Shown in pieces: positions 11,314 to 20,182 of a stretch of 34,920 nt of DNA. Under the pieces are notes generated by a model, which did not search any database, was not told where the DNA came from, and saw only the letters and a program-made list of their open reading frames with translations. Origin of the DNA: Campylobacterota bacterium (GTDB taxonomy: Bacteria > Campylobacterota > Campylobacteria > Campylobacterales > Sulfurovaceae); assembly GCA_034722955.1 (NCBI GenBank), contig JAYEOM010000100.1, forward strand, positions 1 to 34,920, written 5' to 3'. Made by a program: the position numbers and the translations under genes. Each line of letters begins with the position of its first letter. The first letter of the stretch is position 1.

Positions 11314-11694
11314 CTAAAATTGATGTTTCATTGATTGGGGTTGAGTCTCTCTATCTATCCAGTAGCTATCTTGGGATCTGTCAACTTTTTTATTGAGTAG
11401 ATCTTTTCCGAGAAGTTTCAAAAATAGAGATACAGGAGTAAAGAGTCCAAAGAAGAGGATAAACATAATGATCCTAGAGATCACTCCCCCTATTAAGGTG
11501 CCGATCTTTATCCATATCAGATAAAATCTGCTCAGTAGTTCAGGCTTCAGAAAAGCTGTAGCAACAAATGCCAAAGAGATTACAATAGCCCAATATCTAA
11601 CCCCACCATCTTTGATAAGCGGTAACACTCCTATCACGATAAATATACCTGCCCAAATAAGTGCAAATAGTTTCAAATCATATTTTTTTATCAT
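11314..11694 (-). CDS. SxtJ family membrane protein
   Basis: 126 aa with 2-3 hydrophobic segments, W..IG..IG.V.S.II...FF...TP...GKD.L...SYW...QF pattern, adjacent to the SxtK/SxtI-like genes. Confidence 0.85.
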   Translation of the reverse strand: MIKKYDLKLFALIWAGIFIVIGVLPLIKDGGVRYWAIVISLAFVATAFLKPELLSRFYLIWIKIGTLIGGVISRIIMFILFFGLFTPVSLFLKLLGKDLLNKKVDRSQDSYWIDRETQPQSMKHQF

Positions 11695-11841
11695 ATATCT
11701 ATTTAATCCTTCTATTTTTATCTACTTATAATATCAATTTTTAAGTTAAGAGTATATGAATCTACTCTATCTTAAATGATTTGAGAGCCATAGCTAACTA
11801 TCTAGGGGCATCATAGTAAAATCTTATCTTTTCACTTAGAT

Positions 11842-12804
11842 CTACTTCTCATTTTCATCTATAAATTTGCCTATCGCTTCAGACCCTATGATACTCCCTT
11901 GATCATTTAGGTGTGATCGGTCTGCAAAATATTTATCATCTAAATGAAGCTCTTCATGTAGACTAAAAAACAGACCACCATTTTCCGCCATGATCTTTTT
12001 GATTCTCTCTGGAAATGTTATCATAAGATTTTGGATATGCTTATGTTGGTCGATAAGTGCCTGCCTGTATGGCTGCTGAACAAAATAAAATTTTATACCC
12101 TTCTCATGAGCTTTTTTGGTCATTCTAGCAACAGCTGGAAAAGCTCTCTTCTCTTGATGTGAACCATGAGGTGCTGCCCACCGCTTGTGAATAATATCTT
12201 TTCCATAGATATGCAGCGGCACACTACCTGTATGGTCAAATCCAAGATATGTAAATTTATTATTCATAGCATGTTTTTTACCCCACTCAAGCTCTCTCTT
12301 GATACAGAAGATGAGGTTTTTGCAAGAATCGAACATAAGATTAAAGTACTCAATAGGGTTCAACTCATGTCTGATATATTTTTTGATAAACTCAGGGTCA
12401 TAATCTTTGAATTTTGATGGATATGGAAAGTCAGAAAATTGTGCTGAGTAGATGATTCGTTTTAGATTTGGAAAAGCATCTGTCAACTCAAGCAACTGCT
12501 CTACCTGAAAGGCACTAGCTTCATAGACAGATAGATTCAAGACACTATTGCATTTTTTGGATCCCTTCTCTAGATAAGCACCCTGGATATTGTTCAAACC
12601 AATAGATGAGCCTACAATGATAGTATCTACCGAATCAACATCTATATTTTCGCGGATAAATTTGATCTTGGCATCAAAAGAGATACGATTGGTGACAGGT
12701 ATGGGGTAGTTTTTGTAAAAATAGTAAGCATAAGTATAAGCCGATGCAAAAATAATCGCATATACTATAAAGAGTCTCTTGAGATAAGTTTTATACTTCT
12801 GCAT
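11842..12804 (-). CDS. Membrane-anchored SGNH-like protein (AlgJ/PatB/DltD-like acyl transferase candidate)
   Basis: N-terminal TM anchor, block-I-like IIVGSS, C-terminal D-x-x-H (FADRSHLN), directly downstream of an MBOAT gene. Confidence 0.7.
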   Translation of the reverse strand: MQKYKTYLKRLFIVYAIIFASAYTYAYYFYKNYPIPVTNRISFDAKIKFIRENIDVDSVDTIIVGSSIGLNNIQGAYLEKGSKKCNSVLNLSVYEASAFQVEQLLELTDAFPNLKRIIYSAQFSDFPYPSKFKDYDPEFIKKYIRHELNPIEYFNLMFDSCKNLIFCIKRELEWGKKHAMNNKFTYLGFDHTGSVPLHIYGKDIIHKRWAAPHGSHQEKRAFPAVARMTKKAHEKGIKFYFVQQPYRQALIDQHKHIQNLMITFPERIKKIMAENGGLFFSLHEELHLDDKYFADRSHLNDQGSIIGSEAIGKFIDENEK

Positions 12805-12815
12805 AGATGATTCTC

Positions 12816-14270
12816 CTAAAAATTGAAATAGATAAATTCACTCTTTCTATAGAGAATGAAGATCGATAGAGAGAAGAGAAGAGTAAGAGAGAGATAGAGT
12901 AGCGTAGGCTTGAACTCTCTCCTCATCTGCATAGAGTTTTTCAAAAATAAGACAATGATAAATCCACCTATAAGCCACAATCCCAAATAGGTATCTTGCT
13001 GAAACAGTTTTGACCAGTTTCCAAATGTCAAGCTTGACTCTTTGAGAAACTCAAGATGTTCTGATAGATAGTTAGGCAGTATAAGTGCTCCCTTGAACAT
13101 CCCATGGAGTACTTTGATAGCAGAGTCAAAATCCTTGGCTCTAAAGAAGACCCAAGCGATATTGATAAAATTGAATGTAATAAACCATCCAAGAATTGCA
13201 GGCATCTTCACTCCTAGCTTTTGCCATACTCTGTGTATCACTATGGCAACTCCATGCAGAGCACCCCATACGACAAAGGTCCACCCTGCACCATGCCAAA
13301 TACCGCCTAGCAGAAAAGTAGCAAAAAGATTGGTATAAGTTCTAAACTCTCCTTTCCGGTTGCCCCCTAGAGGGATATATAGATACTCTTTTAAGAATCT
13401 AGAGAGAGTGATATGCCATCTACGCCAAAAATCCTGTATAGAGGTAGCCTTATATGGAGAGTAGAAGTTTATAGGGAGTTTGATGTTAAATAGCAGTGCT
13501 GCCCCTATCGCCATATCTGTATATCCACTGAAGTCAAAATAGAGTTGAAAAGTGTAGCTTAGCGAAGTAGCCCAAGCTTCAAGCATATTTAGCTCACTAG
13601 AGAGATCAAAACCTCTGCTTGCCCAGATGGCAAAAGTATCTGCAATGACTGCTTTTTTAAACAAGCCCATAGAGAAGATAAAGATCCCAAGTGCGATATG
13701 ATAATAGTTTTTAACCTTATTTTTGACTTTTGCAAATTGGGGCATCATCTCGGCATGGTGGACGATGGGACCTGCGATCAGCTGAGGAAAAAAGGTGACA
13801 AACAGAGCATAGTTTAGAAAATCATACTCTTTAGTCTCTTTGCGGTAACTATCTACTAGATAGGCGATCTGTTGAAAAGTAAAAAAACTTATCGCCAAAG
13901 GTAGTGCCAAATTCAATAGCTCTATATCCGCTTTGAGTATCTTGTCGATATTTGTGATAAAGAAATCTGCGTACTTGAAGTAACCAAGCAGAGACAGATT
14001 GAATACTACGCCAATAGCAAGCAGGTGCTTTCTATTGTAGTATCTCCTATCTATAGACTTTGAGAGCTCTTTTCCTATGCTGTAGTTGACCAGCATAGAG
14101 AGAAGTATAAGTGGCAGATACGAGATATTCCACCAGCTGTAAAAGAAGAGTGAAGCAAGTACCAAAAATGCTTTACTAGCTTCCGTCAGACGCTTTTTGT
14201 TGAGGTAAAAATAGATAAAAAATGTAACGGGTAAAAAAAGGAATATAAAGATATATGAATTAAATAACAA
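12816..14270 (-). CDS. MBOAT O-acyltransferase (AlgI/PatA/DltB family)
   Basis: LFNS, LPLAISFFTFQ, FFPQLIAGPI, DFSGYTDMAIG, FWRRWHITLS, catalytic GIWHGA, C-terminal EFIYFNF. Likely start TTG 14270 after GAGGA (the track uses ATG 14291). Confidence 0.95.
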   Translation of the reverse strand: MLFNSYIFIFLFLPVTFFIYFYLNKKRLTEASKAFLVLASLFFYSWWNISYLPLILLSMLVNYSIGKELSKSIDRRYYNRKHLLAIGVVFNLSLLGYFKYADFFITNIDKILKADIELLNLALPLAISFFTFQQIAYLVDSYRKETKEYDFLNYALFVTFFPQLIAGPIVHHAEMMPQFAKVKNKVKNYYHIALGIFIFSMGLFKKAVIADTFAIWASRGFDLSSELNMLEAWATSLSYTFQLYFDFSGYTDMAIGAALLFNIKLPINFYSPYKATSIQDFWRRWHITLSRFLKEYLYIPLGGNRKGEFRTYTNLFATFLLGGIWHGAGWTFVVWGALHGVAIVIHRVWQKLGVKMPAILGWFITFNFINIAWVFFRAKDFDSAIKVLHGMFKGALILPNYLSEHLEFLKESSLTFGNWSKLFQQDTYLGLWLIGGFIIVLFLKNSMQMRREFKPTLLYLSLTLLFSLSIFILYRKSEFIYFNF

Positions 14271-14429
14271 GTAGATTTCCTCTCTGAACATATCGACTGA
14301 TGTCTGTTTTTATAAAAACAATAATATATCTTAAAGTCACTTAAAGAATAGATTATGAGAAAAGAGGGTATACTTACGCTTTAATTTTTCTTAATAATAC
14401 TTAATTAATGAGATAACAAAGGGGTATCT

Positions 14430-15278
14430 GTGAAAAATAGGATCATAAATTTAACTATCAAAATAGTCTCTTTCTCGCTTTTTATTGGCTTCTCCATCGC
14501 AACTGCAGAAGAGGTGCGGATCATGCCGTTGGGAGACTCTATAACTTATGGTAACAGTGAAGCTGACCTAGTAGACCCTAGACCTACAAGCATGCGAGAG
14601 GCATACAGGAGTCATCTCTATTACAAACTAAGGGATGTTGCATATGATGGCAACTTTGTCGGCTCAGAGATAGCAGGTCAAGGTGTATCGCCATCCTTTG
14701 ACCCTGACAATGAGGGTCATCCAGGTTGGCATAGTCATAGATTTGCAGACCACACCTATAATTTTCTAAACAACAACCCAGCAGATATCATACTACTGCA
14801 TATCGGCACAAATGATCATATCAAAAATGCAGGCGGTGTAGAGCTGGTACTGGATCAGATCGACTATTTTGAAGTACAAAACGAGCAACCCGTTACCGTT
14901 ATACTGGCATTGATTATCAATAGAGAAGAGCATGACCCTATAGTATCCGATTTCAACAAAGATTTGACTAGAGTAGCAAAAAGTCGCATCAAAGAGGGAG
15001 ATGATATCATCATTGTCGATATGGAACATGATGCAGGCTTGACTACTGGGGATTATGCTGATAATACACACCCAAATAGCAGTGGATACAATAAGATGGC
15101 AAATATTTGGTTTGATGCCATAATAAGCCTCGATGGTAAACCAGCTGACAACAAAGCCCTGCGTGACTATCCATATACTATAATAGACAAATCATATATT
15201 AACTATATCTATGTAAATAGTGAGAGTTCGTATGTTACATTTGAGACAGAAATCCCTGATAGCGGCATTGCATTTTAA
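14430..15278 (+). CDS. Exported SGNH/GDSL hydrolase (carbohydrate esterase-like)
   Basis: Signal peptide (…SIATA|EE), IMPLGDSIT, GHPGW, HIGTND, DNTHPN. Confidence 0.85.
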   Translation: MKNRIINLTIKIVSFSLFIGFSIATAEEVRIMPLGDSITYGNSEADLVDPRPTSMREAYRSHLYYKLRDVAYDGNFVGSEIAGQGVSPSFDPDNEGHPGWHSHRFADHTYNFLNNNPADIILLHIGTNDHIKNAGGVELVLDQIDYFEVQNEQPVTVILALIINREEHDPIVSDFNKDLTRVAKSRIKEGDDIIIVDMEHDAGLTTGDYADNTHPNSSGYNKMANIWFDAIISLDGKPADNKALRDYPYTIIDKSYINYIYVNSESSYVTFETEIPDSGIAF

Positions 15279-15287
15279 GGAGCCATA

Positions 15288-15605
15288 ATGAAAAAAACTA
15301 TAACATTGATAACGCTTTTGATCTCTCTTGTTGGATGCGGAGGCGGCTCTAGTTCCAGCTCTGGCACAATCACACCTATCGACCCTGTTGAGCCTGTTGA
15401 GCCTGTTGATCCTGTTGATCCGGATGATCCTAAAAATCCAAAAACTATATCTATGACGACAAATGAAGTATACCAAGTATTTCCGGGTGACAAGATAGAG
15501 AAGAGATCGGAAGGGACAAGAGTAAAAATCGCCTATTTTGAGAACAAGACTGCATCAGGGGTAGAGTTGATTGAGGGAAGTGCAGAGATTATTCGTTCAG
15601 AATAA
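15288..15605 (+). CDS. Small lipoprotein with Ser/Gly and Pro-Val-Asp/Glu linker
   Basis: AAGGAG SD, MKK plus hydrophobic stretch plus lipobox LVGC, then GGGSSSSS and (PxE/D)n. Confidence 0.8.
   Translation: MKKTITLITLLISLVGCGGGSSSSSGTITPIDPVEPVEPVDPVDPDDPKNPKTISMTTNEVYQVFPGDKIEKRSEGTRVKIAYFENKTASGVELIEGSAEIIRSE
15375..15431 (+). repeat. 9-bp coding tandem repeat CCTGTTGA(G/T), about 6 degenerate units
   Basis: CCTATCGAC CCTGTTGAG CCTGTTGAG CCTGTTGAT CCTGTTGAT CCGGATGAT CCT, encoding PIDPVEPVEPVDPVDPDDP. Confidence 0.9.
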
Positions 15606-15615
15606 GGAGCAGATA

Positions 15616-16407
15616 TTGTTTGACTTCATCAAATCTATATGGCAGAGCAGGAGACTTCTTTGGAAGTTAACAAAAAATGATTTCAAACAGAAGTATCTTG
15701 GGAATTTTTTAGGAATTTTTTGGGCATTTATTCAGCCAACAGCTACTATCATCGTCTTTTGGTTCGTTTTTCAAGTAGGATTCAAATCACAGCCTGTTGA
15801 TAATTTCCCATTTATTCTATGGCTTGTCGCAGGGATGTTTCCTTGGTTCTATTTTGCGGATGGACTCTCCAATGGAACCAATAGTGTTTTGGAAAATAGT
15901 TTTCTTGTCAAAAAGATTCTATTTAGAGTCAGTCTACTACCTATTATCAAACTCCTCTCGGCACTTGCGATTCATATCTTTTTTATATTTTTTATGTTTG
16001 CTATGTTTATATACTATGGATACTCACCTCAAATCTATTGGCTGCAGATCATCTATTATCTTTTTGCTCTTTCACTGCTCCTGCTTGGTATTACCTGGAT
16101 CACCTCATCAGTTGTAGTCTTCTTTCGTGATATGGGACAACTAGTCTCTATTATAATTCAGTTTGGATTTTGGCTTACACCTATCTTTTGGTCTATGAAG
16201 ATCGTACCTGAGAAGTACCATTTTATCATCCAGCTCAATCCTCTTGTATATATCATAGAGGGTTATCGAAACAGTATGATATATCACCATTGGTTCTGGG
16301 AAGATCTGGAGATGACACTCTACTACTGGGCTGTTACTGCCACTGTTTTTGCCATTGGCGGATTGACATTTTCCAAGCTTAGACCACATTTTTCGGATGT
16401 ATTATGA
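15616..16407 (+). CDS. wzm: ABC-2 polysaccharide export permease
   Basis: DFKQKYLG..LG.FWAFIQP, FRD..Q, FWLTPIFW, LNP..YIIEGYR, F.DVL. Start reassigned to TTG 15616 behind AAGGAG. Confidence 0.92.
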   Translation: MFDFIKSIWQSRRLLWKLTKNDFKQKYLGNFLGIFWAFIQPTATIIVFWFVFQVGFKSQPVDNFPFILWLVAGMFPWFYFADGLSNGTNSVLENSFLVKKILFRVSLLPIIKLLSALAIHIFFIFFMFAMFIYYGYSPQIYWLQIIYYLFALSLLLLGITWITSSVVVFFRDMGQLVSIIIQFGFWLTPIFWSMKIVPEKYHFIIQLNPLVYIIEGYRNSMIYHHWFWEDLEMTLYYWAVTATVFAIGGLTFSKLRPHFSDVL

Positions 16408-17687
16408 TAGATCGAGAGATATCAATACGCGTCAATAAGTTGACAAAAATTTATCACCTCTATGATAACCCTCAAGATCGCTTCAAAGAGGCACTCAATC
16501 CATTTAGAAAATCTTACCATCATGACTATTATGCTATGAGCAGTGTAAATTTTGATATCTATAGAGGCGAAACAGTAGGTATCATTGGCAAAAATGGAGC
16601 AGGCAAATCAACTCTGCTAAAGATGATAACTGGTGTTTTGACTCCTACGAGTGGCAGTGTAGAGACCAAAGGGAGAATCGCATCACTCCTAGAGCTGGGT
16701 GCTGGATTCAATCCTGAGATGACAGGTTTGGAAAATATCTATCTCAATGGTACACTTATGGGCTTTAGTGACAGAGATATGGATAGTAAGATATCAGCGA
16801 TACTGGATTTTGCTGATATTGGAGAGTTCATACATCAACCTGTCAAGATGTATAGCTCTGGTATGTTTGCAAGACTTGCTTTCTCTGTCTCCATCAATGT
16901 CGATCCTGATATATTGATCATAGATGAAGCATTGAGTGTTGGTGATATGGCTTTTCAAATGAAATGTTTCAAGAAATTTCAAGAGTTTCAAGAGCAGAAC
17001 AAAACGATACTCTTTGTAACCCATGCACTAGATACAGTTATACGATACTGCACGAGAGGTATTGTGATAGATGCAGGCAAAATGATCTGTGATGATAGTG
17101 CCAAGGAGGCAGTAGATATCTTCAAGCAGGTACTAACTGGGCATTTTGTATCTGCCGGTTTGACACCACAAGATCAAGATTTGACACCATCTTCTCTAGA
17201 GAGTGATACTCTACTGAAAGATAGTTTTCCCCCCAATAAAGAGATGCTTGAGTATGGTAACAATAAAGCAGATATTTATGACTACGGCATGGTAGATAAG
17301 GTAGGCAAACCCAGTGTTGTATTTGATTATGATCAGCTCTGCGATATTGTGATGAAAGTTCGATTTAATGAGACTATAGACTCTCCTATATTTGCATTTA
17401 CTATCAAAGATGCCAAAGGCTTGGAGATCACCGGTACCAATAGTATCATGAAACATATGATGACATCTCTCTATAAACCAAATGAGGAGACAACTGTAAA
17501 GTTCACTCAAAAGATAAATCTACAGCCTGGCAAATATGCACTCTCTATAGGGTGTGTAGGTATCTCTGAAGAGGGTGTAGAGGTCTATATGCGACTCTAT
17601 GATGCGATACTGTTTGAAGTGATTGGCACTCAACAGATGGTTGGATTTTTCGATCTAAAAAGTGATATCAGTATAGATGAAGCGTGA
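16404..17687 (+). CDS. wzt: ABC polysaccharide export ATPase with C-terminal Wzt_C carbohydrate-binding domain
   Basis: Walker A GKNGAGKST, signature YSSGM, IIDEALSVGD, and a ~170-aa beta-rich C-terminal extension (YGNNKA…FAFTIKD..G.EITGTN). Confidence 0.93.
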   Translation: MIDREISIRVNKLTKIYHLYDNPQDRFKEALNPFRKSYHHDYYAMSSVNFDIYRGETVGIIGKNGAGKSTLLKMITGVLTPTSGSVETKGRIASLLELGAGFNPEMTGLENIYLNGTLMGFSDRDMDSKISAILDFADIGEFIHQPVKMYSSGMFARLAFSVSINVDPDILIIDEALSVGDMAFQMKCFKKFQEFQEQNKTILFVTHALDTVIRYCTRGIVIDAGKMICDDSAKEAVDIFKQVLTGHFVSAGLTPQDQDLTPSSLESDTLLKDSFPPNKEMLEYGNNKADIYDYGMVDKVGKPSVVFDYDQLCDIVMKVRFNETIDSPIFAFTIKDAKGLEITGTNSIMKHMMTSLYKPNEETTVKFTQKINLQPGKYALSIGCVGISEEGVEVYMRLYDAILFEVIGTQQMVGFFDLKSDISIDEA

Positions 17688-19218
17688 ATACTACTTCTAC
17701 CTTCTACTATTTGTCACTGTAGCAGGTCTCTTTTTTACCTATCCATTTACGAGATACCCTTATGATATATGGGAGCATCTCTTCACTATGGACAGTGAGT
17801 ATATCAATCTGCTCCATATGCCTGAGAGCAGGAAGAGTTGGCACCACTTCTGGACTCTTTTTTTTGACTTTTTTGGTGTAGAAAACAGTCAGATCCTCCT
17901 AAGAGCGAAAATCATCCATACCATACAGACTCTAGTGAGCTTTTTTGCTCTTTTTTTCTTTAGCAGGGTAATGATACGCATACTCTTTAGATCAGCAGAT
18001 AGATTGGCTATCAACTATATGGCATACTGGTCAACTATACTCTGGTTCACTATTTTTGCAACTTTTTCAGTCCATTATCATCAAATGTGGATCATGTGGT
18101 ACTCAGTCAACTATCAAATATCACTTCCTCTTTTTTGGTATAGCTTGGCGTTGATATTGATAGTACTATTTGATAAACCATCACCAAAGATCAACTCTCT
18201 CTATCTGCTTCAAATAGTGATAATTACTCTTTTGATATTACGGATACACCCTATGGAGATACTCTATTTGATGATGCATCTCTTTGTGCTACTCCTTGTT
18301 TTTGGAGACAAGGTTTGGTTCTCTATCAAAAAAAATTATTATATTTGGATACCTCTATTTATAGTGATAGCTGTCACTATAAAAGCATACTATCAAGATC
18401 AGTTGCCTCTCATCATAGGTTATCTTCATATAGATAGGCTGCCCCAGCTCTATCAGCTGATCATACACAATGGAGAGCTACTGGAGAAGACAGGTAACAA
18501 TCGTGCCTTCTCATCCTTTAATGAGTTGATGATTTTGACACTGTTGATGGGAAGTGTCACTGCACTTATCCTCCTCTATCATCACTATAGAGATCGTAGT
18601 GACACTATAGATAGACAGCTATTTATATTTCTCATCTTGACTTCACTTTTTGTGCTGATACCTATATTTACCTTTAGTTCGGGAGTAGCTTCTGTTATCG
18701 CCAAAATATCTGTAGTCAACCGTTTTTACTATAGTGCTTCGATATTCATACTCTTTCCTGTCTCTATCTACTACCTCTTCTCTCTCTATTCCAAAGAGGT
18801 AAATCTTCGCTACTTTAACGCTACAGTAGTAGTGATACTCTTAGGTACCACTCTCTACTCTAGGGATTATACTCTTTCACAAAATTATTATAAAAATATC
18901 AAATCACTTGAGTCTAGTTTTTTTCAAGAGAGGGTTGGGTTTCATCTCACACAAGATCACATAGATAGGATTGGTACTGAACTTAAAACCTATGAGAGTA
19001 GACGCGATCATAACAAAACAGCACTCTATCTAGCTAGAGGAGATATCGCGATGGTACTTAGATACATCTATCGCCAAAATGTCTACTGGAGAGGACGAAA
19101 AACCAATCCTACCTACCCTCAGATGGAAGCTTATATTGAGACTAGATTGCCGACAGGAAGAGAGGGTATTATCTTTATGACACCCAAAGGCTTTCCCGAT
19201 TATGAACCATATCGCTAG
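17677..19218 (+). CDS. Polytopic membrane protein of unknown function (GT-C glycosyltransferase candidate)
   Basis: 513 aa, about 11-12 hydrophobic segments, a loop after TM1 with YPYDIWEH, soluble C-terminal tail; overlaps the wzt stop. Confidence 0.5.
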   Translation: MKREYYFYLLLFVTVAGLFFTYPFTRYPYDIWEHLFTMDSEYINLLHMPESRKSWHHFWTLFFDFFGVENSQILLRAKIIHTIQTLVSFFALFFFSRVMIRILFRSADRLAINYMAYWSTILWFTIFATFSVHYHQMWIMWYSVNYQISLPLFWYSLALILIVLFDKPSPKINSLYLLQIVIITLLILRIHPMEILYLMMHLFVLLLVFGDKVWFSIKKNYYIWIPLFIVIAVTIKAYYQDQLPLIIGYLHIDRLPQLYQLIIHNGELLEKTGNNRAFSSFNELMILTLLMGSVTALILLYHHYRDRSDTIDRQLFIFLILTSLFVLIPIFTFSSGVASVIAKISVVNRFYYSASIFILFPVSIYYLFSLYSKEVNLRYFNATVVVILLGTTLYSRDYTLSQNYYKNIKSLESSFFQERVGFHLTQDHIDRIGTELKTYESRRDHNKTALYLARGDIAMVLRYIYRQNVYWRGRKTNPTYPQMEAYIETRLPTGREGIIFMTPKGFPDYEPYR

Positions 19219-19291
19219 GATAAGTACCTAATTTCAAGAGACCCACATGGCAATTAGTATAAAATACTAACTATAAATCTAAGGAAACAAA

Positions 19292-20182
19292 TTGAGTGCA
19301 AAACTAAACCTATCATTTTATAGCGGGGAGGATTACTATAGCGATGGAGATATCGAAGATGAGCTTTTAGAGATCGTTAAGAAGAGTAGTGATTTTGATG
19401 AGATACTCGCAAACGACAGTCGCTGGCCTATCCTCTATCATCTCTCACCTATACGCAATAATATTATCAACTGGTACCCTTTTGAAGATGATGCATCCTG
19501 CCTGGAGATTGGCGGAGGTTGTGGAGCCATCACGGGAGCACTTTGTGATCTGCTCGATAGAGTAACTGTAGTAGAACTCTCCAAACGAAGATCTATGATC
19601 AACTATGAGAGGCACAAAGAGTATGAAAATCTAGAGATTATTGTAGGCAATCTCAATGATATCGTATTTGAACAGAAGTTCGACTATATCACACTCAATG
19701 GCGTACTGGAGTATGCCGGTGCATTTACACAATCAACCCAGCCCTACAGGGATTTTCTTCTCAAAGTCAAATCTATGCTCAAACCCAAAGGCAGACTGAT
19801 CATCGCCATAGAGAATAGATATGGCTTAAAGTACTTTGCAGGTGCAAAAGAGGATCATACTGCCAAAGAGTTTGATGGGATCACAGGATATATTGGCAAT
19901 AAAAGTGTACGAACCTTCGGCAAGCTAGAGATAGAGCAGCTCTTGATAGAGAGTGGTTTTAGGCAACAGACATTTTACTATCCTCACCCTGACTACAAGA
20001 TGCCCATGGAGATCTATAGCGAGGATTGGTTACCAAATGCAGATAGACTACTCTCTCCTGCTCCAAACTTTGACCATGAACGGTTTGAGTATTTTGATGA
20101 GAGAGAGGCATTTAAGGGCATTGTAGAAAATAGACAATTTGAATTTTTCGCCAACTCATTTTTGATTGTATGTGGAGAGTAG
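19292..20182 (+). CDS. Class I SAM-dependent methyltransferase
   Basis: LEIGGGCGA motif I, VVELS, FDYITLNGVLEY, IAIEN..GLKY.AG. TTG start after AAGGA. Confidence 0.9.
   Translation: MSAKLNLSFYSGEDYYSDGDIEDELLEIVKKSSDFDEILANDSRWPILYHLSPIRNNIINWYPFEDDASCLEIGGGCGAITGALCDLLDRVTVVELSKRRSMINYERHKEYENLEIIVGNLNDIVFEQKFDYITLNGVLEYAGAFTQSTQPYRDFLLKVKSMLKPKGRLIIAIENRYGLKYFAGAKEDHTAKEFDGITGYIGNKSVRTFGKLEIEQLLIESGFRQQTFYYPHPDYKMPMEIYSEDWLPNADRLLSPAPNFDHERFEYFDEREAFKGIVENRQFEFFANSFLIVCGE

Noticed and set aside
9256..11694. Saxitoxin biosynthesis, suggested by the sxtI/J/K-like triad
   Set aside because: No sxtA, sxtG, sxtB or other core genes are in the window; the context is surface-glycan biosynthesis.
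13443..13452. GGTAGCCTTA, resembling a MITE end
   Set aside because: It lies inside the conserved MBOAT motif PYKATS with no disruption. It is a chance match, and shows short end matches need caution.
15375..15431. Tandem repeat as a CRISPR-like array
   Set aside because: The units are 9-bp in-frame coding repeats with no spacers and no cas genes. I saw no CRISPR array, tRNA or rRNA in the window.
17858..17865. T8 tract in the 513-aa membrane protein gene as a contingency locus
   Set aside because: Expected in Phe-rich, AT-rich coding sequence, and the frame is intact.
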